Notes: generated by a model not told the origin, from the sequence alone. A stretch of 64,000 nucleotides of DNA from Phoronis australis (GCA_002633005.1 NMRA01000168.1:127129-191128), one strand, 5' to 3'. Shown: positions 10,571 to 44,811, counted from the stretch's first letter. A program made the numbers and translations.

Positions 10571-13500
10571 ATGACGGATAGATTTTTCCGAGGCATAGCA
10601 AGTGAACTCTCTCCTCGGTCTAGTCCTATGGTAAAACCCGACACCAAGAGTGGAATGTGGTACGCGTCAAGTATTATATTAATGCCCCAAATGAATCTGC
10701 TGCTATACTGCCGCTAAGTGCGAGTGGCCGCGCTGGCTCAGTGGGGTCATGTGGCCGGGGGCGGATCTTGGTTGGTAGGCCTACCAACAGTTTTGTGTTT
10801 CAGTAATGCAACGTTGTATAAATGATATCTCTGTCTTTCTTTTTTGTTTTCTGTGATTATACTTGTCAAGTGAAACACATTTTTGTCCTGATCGCCATCG
10901 CGTAGTATACTAGCTCTACGAGACTTTAGGAAGTTTGAAACATTCGAAGACTAAGTTTTCTCTGATCAGCGAGAGTAGGTTCGCTCAAAAATGTGCTTAT
11001 ATATTGTATTATCTATGACCCAGGGAAAAATATCTCACTATAATCTCAAACAAAACGGACGAATTCAACTTTGATGATTGATTTAAAAATGGAATTTTAT
11101 GAGTTATGTCATTACAACTAATTTAATGATCGATATTCAGTCTCATTGCGTAATTGTCGTAAAATTTCCCATACTCGAAGATTTGTTTTCACTCAAGGGA
11201 TCAGAAAACTCATACTTATACTTAAACTGCCTGTTTGATGAAACCATAGATGCTGAACAAAGTCTATGGTAAAACCACTGAGACCAGATTTCGATCACGA
11301 TGGTTGAAAACTACCAGCTTAACTGCTGAAACTGTATCAGCAGTCCTACACCCTCTGCCACTGAGAAAATATAGAACGTTTGCGGTAATTTTCGTACTTG
11401 AGTCGTTTTCACTGTTTCTTCATACTATACATGCCAAAACACTTTACTTGTACTACAAGCTAATGATAAGGAGAAAGTGACTGCGCACCTACCGGGACAC
11501 GAAAAAATGACGTTTTTAAATTATTTATTGATATCAAGACCGGATAAAGCATGCATGAGGGGTCTGAGGTTCGGTGACGGATTAACATCAATCATTTTTT
11601 TTTATAATTAGCATGTCGAACTATTTCTATTGGCTATTCTTAGAAACTAAAATGACATAAACCTAACAGATAGAGATGAATGGTTTTTACGAACTACAAC
11701 AAGGGAATTTCGTGTAATTTCTAAAGGACAAAATTCCATACGGTAGGTTTTGTTCTGATCCTGTTGGATACAACGTTCAATGCATTGTGTTCAAATCAAA
11801 TATTCTGTTGTCAAGTAGTGCTTGAATGTGACAAACATTAGCATTCATGCATGTGTACCCTTAAAGGGTCGGGTTTCACGGCCGAGAAAAAACATTTTTG
11901 GGATTAGTGTTGGATGTGATAGACTTTTTGGAGTTGTTAGTTTGATCAGAGCTAAAAAACAATAAAATTCGTTCATGTTGCGTTTTTGATGATTTTATTA
12001 CAAATCGTCAATTCTCGCCGATGTCTGCCAGACATTCGCTGAAATCAAGGCCGGTGTTAATAGTTAACTACACTTAACTTATCCCGCGATTTAGCTCGAC
12101 TGTACGATGTTTCTCAGTGGCTGCGAACACGTAGGTTCCTGGTTTCGTACACGCATTGGAACTAATTTCGGAAAATTACTGGTCTCGCCGACAACATCAC
12201 TTTTAAAAATAATGCGTTCTTGAGATTCCATAACTGTCAATAGAAATGCAATATTTCGTACTGACGAAGGAGTTTCCTGCTAGATTTCTTGTCAGGTGGT
12301 TGAACGCAACAGCACAGTTTAATATCTTAATATTTACTTTATAGAATGTTGCTCTAGAACAAAAAAAATCTTTGGAAGAAATGATTATGGTTAAACTCAT
12401 CAACTGTCGGCCTTATTTCTTTCTTTACCTAATCTTTCTCTCAGTTTCCGAAGTAGTTTCACCAGTGACCGTATTTTATTTCACTTACATTGCCTCTCCC
12501 ACGTCTCATTTAGCACCATCATATGGTCTTTGCAGTCATTATTTGGTAAATTCCAATTCGTTTAACAGCCTCGTACCCATGCCTCAAGGTAGTAATGATC
12601 GGATCTCGCTGGATCCCTGCGTGTCGCTAGGAGGTAGAGAACACGCAGGCATCATTTAATTTTCCTCGGGAATTTTTTTACATCGGAGTTTTTGATTGGC
12701 TGGTTGAATTCTCAACAGGTACCGCTTTACGCAAACAAACTGACATGATTGATGGAGGAAGTTTAAATGTGGTCTTAACTGTACAGACAAATTGGTGCTT
12801 AATTCCTGTTCAAGAAATATGAATCCCAGAAAATTGTGGTTTCCGGGAGTGCATATTTTGTTTAGGTTGCTGTCCTGTAGACACACAGTATGAATAACAC
12901 ACCGGTTAAATCGATCAGATGTATGTTTATTGTACATGTATGTGCTTCAAGCATGCGGCTATTAAACATTACTGCAGAAACGGAATACCGAGCTGTTACG
13001 CCACTTGCATGACAAGGCTAAAAATCGTTCATAGTCCCGGCGCCATTTCCTTTCTTTGTTGTAAAGCTAATTAATGACTGCGGAGGTTATATCAACCAGT
13101 GGTAACTGAAGCGCGCCTTGCTACTGAATGATACCTACGTGTTTTCCAAACGCAAGGAACCAGCGAGTGGGCGGATCAGAGACCGTAGAGAGGGAGACAA
13201 ATCCCATTTGACGACCACTGGCTGACATTGCTGTTTCATGGACCGTAGCTGGCGTGTGTGCAATAAACAAATATGGCAAGATCAAGATATGACGGCTCCG
13301 GTCGGTAAAAAAGCAACGGTGCTTTTCGCAATGCCTACGGCTGCAGCAACAGTTGATTGAAAATTTGTGACATACTTTTATCGCTTCCCACTGATTAAGA
13401 TAGATGATGTTCACGATTGAAATAAAAGATTTTTGCGTGAAACTGTTGCCCATCAACAATTGATGGACTGGGTGATTTGAACTTATAATGTCTTTACTAT

Positions 13501-14868
13501 TCCCTGCATTTGATCGCTTATACAGAAAATTATTGTAAATGGTTTGCATGATTTTGGGAACTATTGATTGCTTTTTATTTATTCGCTTTTACTTATTTAA
13601 ATTATTTCTTGTAATCCCACAAAGGCAACATTCTGGCTGTCTGGTCAGTAATCTATATCATGAGATAGTAATGAACACCCCTAAAAAACGCATTGTTTAA
13701 GGTGCAGTAGTGGTTGCATTGTGTTGCTCCTGTTTACAAATCATTGACTAGCACTTGTTATTTTGTATACGCAGTTTAAGCTCACTTATGTGATTATAAT
13801 TTGGACACTATTGCAGCATTTTTCTGCATCCACAATATTTTCCTTGTCTGTTAATTATTTTTCAAAACGACTTGACAGATTCTGGTGAAACTTCACAGTA
13901 TGGTACTTGCCCAAAATTTTTGTCAAAATGGCTTATCAGTGTTTAACAAAACATGACACATGGCGGAGATACATCGTTTTTTATGCAAATTTGACTGCAG
14001 TTCGAGGTGCACTTTTATTTTCTATCATGATATGGACTTCAGTGCATAATAAATATTAATCGTATGGTTTGGTAACCTGCTTGATAATTTGCCATAGGAA
14101 GTGTTGAAGGAAGTGTTTTTCTATTAAGGACATATTGAGCCTTACATCGGTGGGTACTTTGGTAGTATGTATATTACCTTGGAAACCCCGTTACACTCAG
14201 TGACGATGTCGTTTGTTTAGATTTTTGTTTTCACATGGGTCTTAAAACAGCAAGTCAGGAAATGAGGCATCCTTATGTTATTTTTACCTGCCGATGTAGG
14301 CTGAATGGGCTTTTAACTAACTGCTGATAGTTGATTTAATAAAATGTGAATGGTTTACGAGAACTGGAAAGGATCGTAAAAAACTGCCCTAAATGGACTG
14401 TGTATTCAATAGGTATCTTGACTGTTTTATGGGGGCATACAAGGCAGGTTTACTGGACTGCAGGAAGGAATTCCATCTCTTGGTGGTTTTCAACCCCTAC
14501 TCCTGTTGCCCCAGTTTCATTCACTACAATCTACCCCAATTCGCTACCCATTTCAGATCCCATCAGGTAAAGATGCAGGGGGTCCAGCAACTCGAATATA
14601 TTCCCTAAATCTACTGCGTATTTGTGAGTTTTCTATTTTGAGTTCTCATTATTATTGAAAATGAGTAGGGATCTTTTCATGCAACGCTCCTAATTTAAGG
14701 ACTAAATCCCTAAATATTTTGACTGAATTAAGGGCTCAGATTTTAGTCATATTATTAGAAAATGTCAACAGATGAGTTCGTAATAAAGATAAAAAGATAG
14801 AAAAATATAACAACTGTGAGTGAAGAACGAAACAAATACGCAGAAGATTTAGGCAACTCAGTTGAGTA

Positions 14869-15020
14869 CAGGCCGATCCATGGGGGTCAAAGCGGTCCGG
14901 ACCCTCATTTCCCTTGATTTTGTGATATCAAATCTAGAATTTTTAAATTGTTAACTTGGACCACCCTTTTTCAATAATCTGTGATCCGACCCCCCCCCCT
15001 TGAAAAATCCTAGTTGGGAC
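14869..15020. repeat. Degenerate MITE-like element
   Basis: CAGGCCGATCCATGGGGGTC...GGACCC...GATCCGACCCCCCCCCTTGAAAAATCCTAG. The G-run/C-run layout is typical of small non-autonomous DNA elements. Confidence 0.35.
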
Positions 15021-16300
15021 TATAGTAACTGGCACAGACCCTCTGCTTGAATATAGAATGCCGTAAGGTGTGAATTTTCAAAACAAAGATCTGAACCCGT
15101 GTTTGGATGGCGTAAGAGGGCAGTTTTTCGACATTGGCGAAAGAAACATTTGATGATGGGGCGAGGAGAGCCTGTTATTTTTTCAATTTTAATTTAAAAC
15201 AAAGTTTGTGTGTTGAAACTTTTAATTATTGTTAATTAATTGATATTAACATCTGGAATATTGGGGGCAAACAACTATCTCCGCCCCTAACCTTTTGGTT
15301 GAAGGTCGCCCCCCGTTTTTGTTTCCTCTTCTTCAGCAGATTTACCTTATGTTTATTACTTCTCTGACCCCCCTGGACAAAAATCCTACAGGTTATGTAC
15401 CTACTCAGCTTCCAATCACCTACTTTCATCTGCTCACCTCTGATTACTGATTCACCCTGTTGTTTATGATGTATTTCTCGTAAGTTATGTTACCGTTGCT
15501 GCCTAAATTGTTTTCTTGATTTACTCTATATTTTGCCTATGTGTATATTCCAATACACTGCTCATATTGTTTGTTCTCAATATTTTAAACAAAGACACTT
15601 CGCAATTTTAAATTTGGCAAACTAAGATCAGCCATGGTAGTCGACGCCTCGTGTACTTCGTTGGCGCACACACACCCGCTAGGTGTTGCCACGGTCCATG
15701 ACACAATAATGGCGGCTGCCAAAGTAAATAGTCATGTCTCGCCTTTGATCGGATTAGCCATGGCTAAACCGATCAGCGCTATCTTGAGGCTTGGGTGGAC
15801 GAGGCTGCTCGTTAAAAAGCAAAGTATTTGGCAAAGTAATTGCATTGTTAAGGCACCATTCTTGATTTCAGTGAATGTCTGTAAGACAAAGGCGAGAACA
15901 GTCGATTTACGGTACTAAAAATCACAAAAATACAACTGATTTTGTCGTTTTATGGCTCTGCTCAAGAACCGTAGAGAATCGGGAGAAAATTCCAGTGGTC
16001 GCGCGTGCCCTGTGAACTTTGCGCCCGTTGCAACAAAATCACGCTAACGTTCGAGTTGAACTCTGCGATGCAATCTAACCGAAAATGCCTTTCTTATGAT
16101 CTCCTAGGTTTTAGACCAAACTTTTCAAAGTAAACACGATTAATGTATAATTTAATCTGTATAACTTACTACAAATTTAAGAACAAACTCGTAATAACAA
16201 AACGCTTCGTCAACAATAAGAATAGAACACAAAACAATAGCATGATAACAAAAAAACGATTTTAAAACTTTCTTTGGAATGTAGACAAACAAAGTGCATT

Positions 16301-18772
16301 TCAGTCTTCCACCTCTATCATCACCTCTCTATCATCAGGTGCCTCGTCAAGTGGACATAAGCTACCATCTCTTTCAAGAAAAGTGTTCGTTTTTGAGGGA
16401 TTACTATACGGTAAGCCCAGTCCTTGGACATTTGCAACTGACTCTGGCAATGTCTTTGAAGTGTCAAAACGGTCATAATCGCTACGAATCACCAATAGAC
16501 CACTGGCATCCAAACTTGCTGTCAACGTCTCCGCTTGTGTTCCTACTGGCAACTTATAAACACGTTCAAATTCGCGTTGCATACCGGTACATGATTTGTC
16601 ACACGTGCACCTTTGTTTTCCAAGTACCTTCAACTTATTGTTTTGTATAAAAACTTTCAAATCTTCTGGATAATAACCTTCTATTTGTAATTTTGCAAGT
16701 TCTATGGACGGTAACTGTCTCAAACGATTTTTGTTGTATCCATCCTCAGTCCTAGAGTTTTGCTTTTGTGGACTACCCTCTCCTTGCAGGTGTTTCTCTG
16801 TTCTCCTCAACTTATCACTATGGTGACGTTTTCTCTCGATTGTCAGTTGTTCCTGTCGCTCTATTTCTTTCTGCAGCTGTTGTTGTTCCAGTTCTCTCAA
16901 TCGTTGCCTTTCCCTTTCCATTTCCTTCTGTCTTTCCAACTCTTTTTCTTCTTGTTGCCGCTCCCATTCTCTCAGTCTATGCATTTCCCTCTCCCTCTGC
17001 CTCTCTGTTTCCAGTCGCTGCTCGTGTCTCAGTCGCTGTCTTTCCATTTCTTCTTGCCTCCTTCGCTCTGCCTCCCTGTATCTCCGTATCTCTTGTTCCC
17101 TTTCTCGCAGCTCCCTTTCCATCTGCTCTTGGCGTTGCGCTTCAAATTCTCTCTCTAATTCCTCCTCCCTCCTTCGTTGCTCACTTTCACGCAACAGTTC
17201 CCGCCTCCTGGCTTCTTCTTCATCCTCAACAGAAAATCCGACGGTAGGCCTTTCTTCATTCCTTCCATGTTCACGGTTCTCATTTGTATGGCGATTGTCA
17301 AGGCATCGTCTCCGAGGTAATAATTCATCATGCCAGGCATCAAACAGCGAGGGGTAAGTCATCCCATTAAATTCTGATAAATATGGCTCGTTCCAAAATC
17401 CTACAACGTCGAAGTCTCGCCACAGACGTCGATGTAGATTTTCAAAATCAAGACGCCGATGTCCGTGACAACTAGATCTGAAATGAAGCGAGTAAGGTCA
17501 GGTTAATATCAGTGTTTCGAGAAAAAACTGTGCGTTACCAGCCAAGCTGTTATATCACTGGGTATAAAAGAATAAGTGTAAGGAAACCATTGAATAACAT
17601 ACGCTCAACCCAGCAAAGGTGCTCATGGATTCTTTTGGAATTTTCCGAAAATTTTAATTGCCGGCCTGCCAAAAACGTTTATTTGTGTAGACTTCAATAG
17701 GGCGAGAAAAACTAGCCAGAATGCAAAGCTCTCATTGAAAATACACGGTAATATATCTCCGAATGTCACGAAATCTTGCTTTTCTAGCCAGGTACTATCG
17801 TTGACTAAACTTTACCCTGGGTACCGGGTCGGAGTCTCTTTTCCCTGCGAACTTCTGGCTTCCCAACATATTCGCTATTCAACAACGACAGCAGAATATA
17901 AAACAAGGAGCAAGATGAAGAACTTCATTTTGCCCTTGCTGAGTTGTGAAAGTTGAATTCTAAACCGAAGAGCAGATGCCGGGGGCTCATTAGAACAATA
18001 ATACGCCACGCTCATCCGACGGATCCGATTCTTGTCGCCGGAATGAGCCGGCAACTGAAGCACGTCGTAGGCAATGTGTTCATGCGATGTTTTCCAATTC
18101 CCCATTTTAGGGTTGACTAACCCGAATAAACTCAGAAGCATTTTCTTGAGTCATTAATGGTTTAATGCTCTGGGTGATAACCGCCGCCGAGTAAATCTCT
18201 GGCACTGAGAGAATCCCAACACGGCAATTGGGAATACTGTAAGCCACACCCAAGAGAGAATCAAATTTTATTTATCGTCGTTCGGAGAACTGATTATTAG
18301 CCAGTTGGGCTATTTCTGCGACATTAAATTTAACAGAAACATGAAGAAAGAGGAACTTAAGCTAAAGGTGGAGAATAACACAGAGAAATAATTGTAAATA
18401 AAAGTTAAGTTGTCGTATTCGCTTAAGTATAGACTAGGGTCTAATGAGCATAAAAGATAATGGGTACACGTGTAATCCGCTAAAACGATGGTATACAGTA
18501 ATTAGAGTATAATCTGGAGTGTTTACAAAGAGAACAACTGCATTCATGAAAGTAAAGGCTTAAATCCATTTTCATCTTTAGCCACCCAAACACGGCGGAT
18601 GTAACTTCAAAACAGCAACATTAAATGACAGATAATTGCTACAGATCTTAAAGTAACCATACCTTCTGTTATGGCAGCCACCGTGACCGTGAGCGTTGGT
18701 GACCACAAGCAAGCAGCCAATTGTGATAGCAAGCGTTACCACAGTCCGTAAAGTTCTTTCGGTCGTTTTCAT
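16301..18772 (-). CDS. Signal-peptide-bearing small heat shock protein (HSP20/alpha-crystallin domain) with long E/R-rich helix, 428 aa
   Basis: Exon 1 is 18663-18772 (MKTTERTLRTVVTLAITIGCLLVVTNAHGHGGCHNR+AG|gtatgg, phase 2). Exon 2 is 16301-17477 (catttcag|A TCT AGT..., phase 2, open for 38 codons into ORF 16301-17362). The alpha-crystallin domain LQIEGYYPEDLKVFIQNNKLKVLGKQ...QREFERVYKLP...TLTASLDASGLLVIR aligns with the metazoan pattern LDVKHFSPEELKVKV...SREFHRKYRIP...ITSSLSSDGVLTV. ATTAAA at 16151-16156 is a possible polyA signal. Confidence 0.85.
17710..17822. repeat. Interspersed repeat fragment in the sHSP intron
   Basis: Diverged reverse-complement match to about 25088-25192 (CTCATTkAAAATACAyGGyAATAT). 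Confidence 0.45.
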
Positions 18773-18910
18773 AATTTATGACTTTTCTTGTTGTTGAAAA
18801 TGGTGCCAAGCGTTCCTCAAATGTCTCAAGAATGCGATAAAAAGTACGACTCCACCAGGCCGACAATCGTGGATCTTCCTCTGTGATGTACTGTATAAAT
18901 GTTTTGGTTA

Positions 18911-18988
18911 GAATGACGGATTTTCGAGCAGAACATCTTTATAGGAATTCAAATGTTAAGGCCACGTCAGATTAATAAAGCCACGTCA
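18911..18988 (-). promoter_or_regulatory. Core promoter of the sHSP gene: Inr, TATA box and two UPRE/XBP1-type sites
   Basis: Minus strand: TGACGTGGC at 18980-18988 and 18961-18969, TATAAAG at 18937-18943, and Inr TCATTC at 18911-18916 with its A 29 nt from the TATA start. No ATG lies between the Inr and the start codon at 18772. Confidence 0.7.
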
Positions 18989-21900
18989 TCATTAACGACG
19001 AACGTGCTAATTCTGAGTGACACGTTATCATTTAGCCCGGGCGGGTTTCATCATTCGACAGCATGTTTATGTTTTGTTACTGTAAATAAACGTGACCTTT
19101 AGCTTTCACATACCTCGCTCTTATTGGACAAAAACTAGACGACGTCACAATTCACCTTTATAGGTCAATGCGTCCTCGTAAACTAAAGTTCTCTGTGTCA
19201 AAACAGTCTTGCTGGAAAATCTCGTTTCAGAACGTTCTGTACCTATAATATCTTTGCCAGAGGTTATTGATAATTCCGGTTCTTGCTATGTGCTGAGGTA
19301 CGTTTAGACAATTAGGTACGTAGCATGGGGCTGATCGTTTTCTGTCCAGTCTTTTCGTACTTCGCCGTGCAGGGAACCTCCAAAAGATGACAACCGTGAC
19401 TCGTCCTCATGAGCACTGTCGCCGCTGGGCGGCGAGCCTTGGGAGATCGCACACGGTTTTTGCTATTGCCTAGTTTTCTGACATCTCGACATGGTGCCGA
19501 TGTCCAAAGCATTCAGACTGGGACACAAAAAAATACGTGGAATCCGACCCGCCTGGCGGTGTATGGAGTCATACCGCGCTTTGGCTTCCGAAAGAGTAGA
19601 CCGAGCCACGGAGGAGTCCCGGCGGCTCGGCGTTCCCCTGCCAGGCTCCCCGGCGGCCGCCCAAACCGTCTCGTTCAAAAGCCCACTGCCTAGTACAACT
19701 CGTTAAGCATGACGCTGTATCCCTTAGGTCACGTCAGCAATGGTAAAAAAATCGTCAAATTATGAGGCCAGCATGTCAGCGACCGTGACCTGGGCCCGGC
19801 CGGCCGGCCTGGCACTCGATGACAAAAAAGTACCTGCGGCCGAACTACTGAGTGTACTTCATTAAAACTTCAAGTTGATGACTGACCCCCGGACTCAGTT
19901 CCTGAACCTACATATGTCGATGATTATACTCTCTCATGTTCGGCCCTGACCCTATAGGCTCACCTTAGTTGAGTCGTCGACTCAGTCCAATAGGATATCC
20001 AGACCCTTGACAGCGGTAACGGCATAATTCAGGCAAACCCTGAAATATTTCAAATGCCAGATTCCCTTTCATCTCAGTATCAAAATCACCCGTGACAAAA
20101 CAGTACAACTACATGACGTTGAAGTAGACTTGCTTATGAGCTTCAACGATCACCAGTGCTTCTAGTGGTAAAATTAGAGGTAAGTAGGCGCCCAAAGCCC
20201 ACCGTATCACACATTGAGCACGGAACTTACCGTACGGTGCGTAGGCGCTACGTTCAAATGCCAAAATGTGGTTGGCTGCGCCTACGCCCCACTACAGCAC
20301 TGACGATCACATGTGTACCATTTGCAAAAAGACTTCGCGCAAAATTAACATTTTGAAACGTTGTAAGTTCGGAAATCGCCTCACCCACCAGAGCAAAATC
20401 ACCGGTCCGGCATTTTCATGCACTTGTAATCGGCAGTTATAACTATTACCCACTAGCTTGGCACTTCTGCTCAAAAGAAAACTCTGAAAACTAGAAAAAA
20501 AATCAAGAACCCAAGAACGATTGTGTCCCAGGCTTCCACCAGGGTCGCCGAATCGACATGCGAGCGGCCGCTGCAGACCGGCTGGATCCAGGTGTCACAA
20601 TGTAACATGATGTACGGTAGTCTTTGTAAATCATCATAACCAACAGGCACGTATATTCCTATCATGCTCATATTCTATGTTACTTTTCAGTTATTATTTA
20701 TTTCATACTCCATGTACTACTGTGAAAAAGTGTATTTTGTTTCGCACAAATTTGTTACCCAGTATAATAAAACCGACGTATAATAATTAAAACATCTTGT
20801 ATCTCTTGTATCTTCCATCGCCTGTCCGAGGGTGGCTGTCAGTCAGCAGATCTTGGTATCATATCCGGGTGAACTGCGGCAGATGGCACTCCATTGCTGG
20901 TTGCGTGTAAAAGCTCGATATTTCAAGGTACATTGTTACTGCTGGGGTCATCAAGGGCTAGGATTACATAACCACGAATCGTCCTCATGAGAACGAAATA
21001 GGAAATATGGGATGAACTAATCACTCTGCATTTATCATACGAAATCCACCGTGAACAAAATAGCCTTGCGGTCTAGGCATCACATGGCAAGTGAGACTAA
21101 TGTACATATTACTGTGCTGATAAACAAAATAGTTCTCATGTGAAGTAGTGTACTTGTAAAATGCATAAACATGATAAGTAAAAGTTATCATAAAACTTAA
21201 AAGCTCTTTGTTTTGGTTAGAAAAACAACACAAATCACGCCTTCTTAATCTGCGGAAAACGCTAAAAAAGATAGACTTCTACCGAGTGATTACCGGGCAG
21301 CCTAGTCGTGCTGAACTCGTCATCAAAATAACCCTAAATTACTACGTGAGTATTTTTTTCGTTTAAATACCGTTCTTAACCGATTTTTATGCCAGTAAGG
21401 GATCTATCAATGCCTTCCATCACCAAGTGTTGTTGACCAGCAACGCTGCCAGACAGCCTAGATCTCGTCAATATTAGGGTTTGCTAAGCCATAATGCATT
21501 TGGCCCGATTGTTCACGTAAGTCACACACCAACATCCCTGCGTAGATCCTAACTACCTCGATATTGAGACGATTGGGTGGTAGGCCTCTCATGACAGTTC
21601 ATTCAACATAGTGAACCATCTAACCCACAGAATGTTCAGACAATTATAGTGAGTTCGCACAAAAGTAGAACAGAAAATGTCAAATAAAACTTCGAGTTCG
21701 ATTTCAAGTACCCCCATTAGACCTGGCACCCAGTTTGTAAGTCAAGTTTTACCACCATAAAAAGTACACACTGCAGTTTCGTGGGGATAGTTCATCTTGA
21801 GTAACCAATTCACCTACTGGGGACACTCGAAATTCTTGAGCAAACCCAAGTTTTAGTTCGGCGCACTTCTTGGGATTGCACGCCCATGCACATTAGCCGA

Positions 21901-23143
21901 TGGCATGAGGATACGAGATGCCTAACGAATTAAGACGGTTCTCATTTTTTCGCCATTTTGATGGATTAGTCTGCTTGAATCAGTTATAATAGCATATCCA
22001 GTTTTTAGTACCAGAAGTCACTAAGATTGAATCATGGCCATTTTTAGGCTATAAGGAAGTAAAAGATATCTTTTTAATCACCAAGTTGAGCCCTTCGTTA
22101 AATAAAAAACAAAGATCCACAAATTTCAGTTCATACTATGCATGCATGGTTGTATATATACACACACACAAAACGAACATAGAGCTGATGAGAGATTAAG
22201 AATTGTGCCCTATTGTTGTACAATGTTCTGAGAGAATGGAACTGTCATTTGCAGTGAATCTTCCAATTCTGGTACTTGCAAGCAATATTTCAACAGGTAA
22301 TTTTTAATGTTATTACACAATTACTTCAGATAAAAAAGACACAAGATTGAAATAAATTCATAAAAACAACAAAATCTATGTTTGACAGCGCATAGCTGTG
22401 TTTGGCTGGAAATTTGCATTTTATTAAATTTACAGGACCTGACTTAGCAGAATAAGAAGACTAAAATTATTTACTTAAACAGAATTTTTGGTTTGTGATA
22501 CAAATTATGATCTTTGATTCCCAAAGCTGCCTATCCTTGCATTTCAAACACTTAATCATAGAAAATTTAACCAAGATACCGAACAAATCAGATCAGCAAC
22601 TATTGTAAGAAAATGGGAGGACACACAGAACTGGGGATATTATATAACTTGATCAAACAAATATCATGACCAATTTCCATATAGGATATACCAAAAACTG
22701 TTTACTTTGCATTTTAGTCGCCTTATTCCCCAAACTTGGGATCGACAACTTCAAGGGGCCACAGTACTGAGTTCATGATAAAATCACAAATGATAAACAT
22801 ATACATGCCCTGCAATGACTGCGCCTCCCACTCAGTTGCACACAACTTGCACCTTAGTATGCCTGTGGACTGGCATATATGCACAAGTTTCGCCAACCCA
22901 CGGTGTTCATACTTTGTCAATGCCTAGACTAAAAAAATGTACATCAGCATGAATTTCCGAGTAGCTCAATTCCACCAGATTTACACGACCAGCATCAGTG
23001 AAGCATACAACACTGTGCACGTGAAGCAAAGTTCACCGCAGTCAGTCTTCCGCTGATTTCTCAGAAACAACATGGTAAGAGGTACCAACATCTTGGATGT
23101 CCATCTCTGGGAGGTTCCCCTAAAGTAGTCGTTCACCAACACA

Positions 23144-44811
<21,668 letters not shown>

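Noticed and set aside
16301-16320. ER-retention signal on the sHSP
   Set aside because: The C-terminus is IEVED, not KDEL/HDEL-like, so ER retention cannot be claimed.
16294-17247. Plus-strand hydrophobic ORFs (16294-16650, 16760-17158, 16768-17247) as membrane proteins
   Set aside because: They are antisense shadows of the purine-rich E/R-coding sHSP exon.
17360-17362. ATG at 17362 as the sHSP start codon
   Set aside because: The frame is open upstream to a good acceptor, and a phase-matched exon with TATA/Inr exists upstream.
17628-17652. Heat shock element in the sHSP intron
   Set aside because: Only one correctly spaced GAAnnTTC pair is present, and the flanking units are out of register.
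19310-20920. GC-rich stretch with several short ORFs as a gene or RNA gene
   Set aside because: No recognisable protein or RNA motif. An ATCTTGT-type tail at 20794-20814 suggests decayed transposon sequence that I cannot classify.
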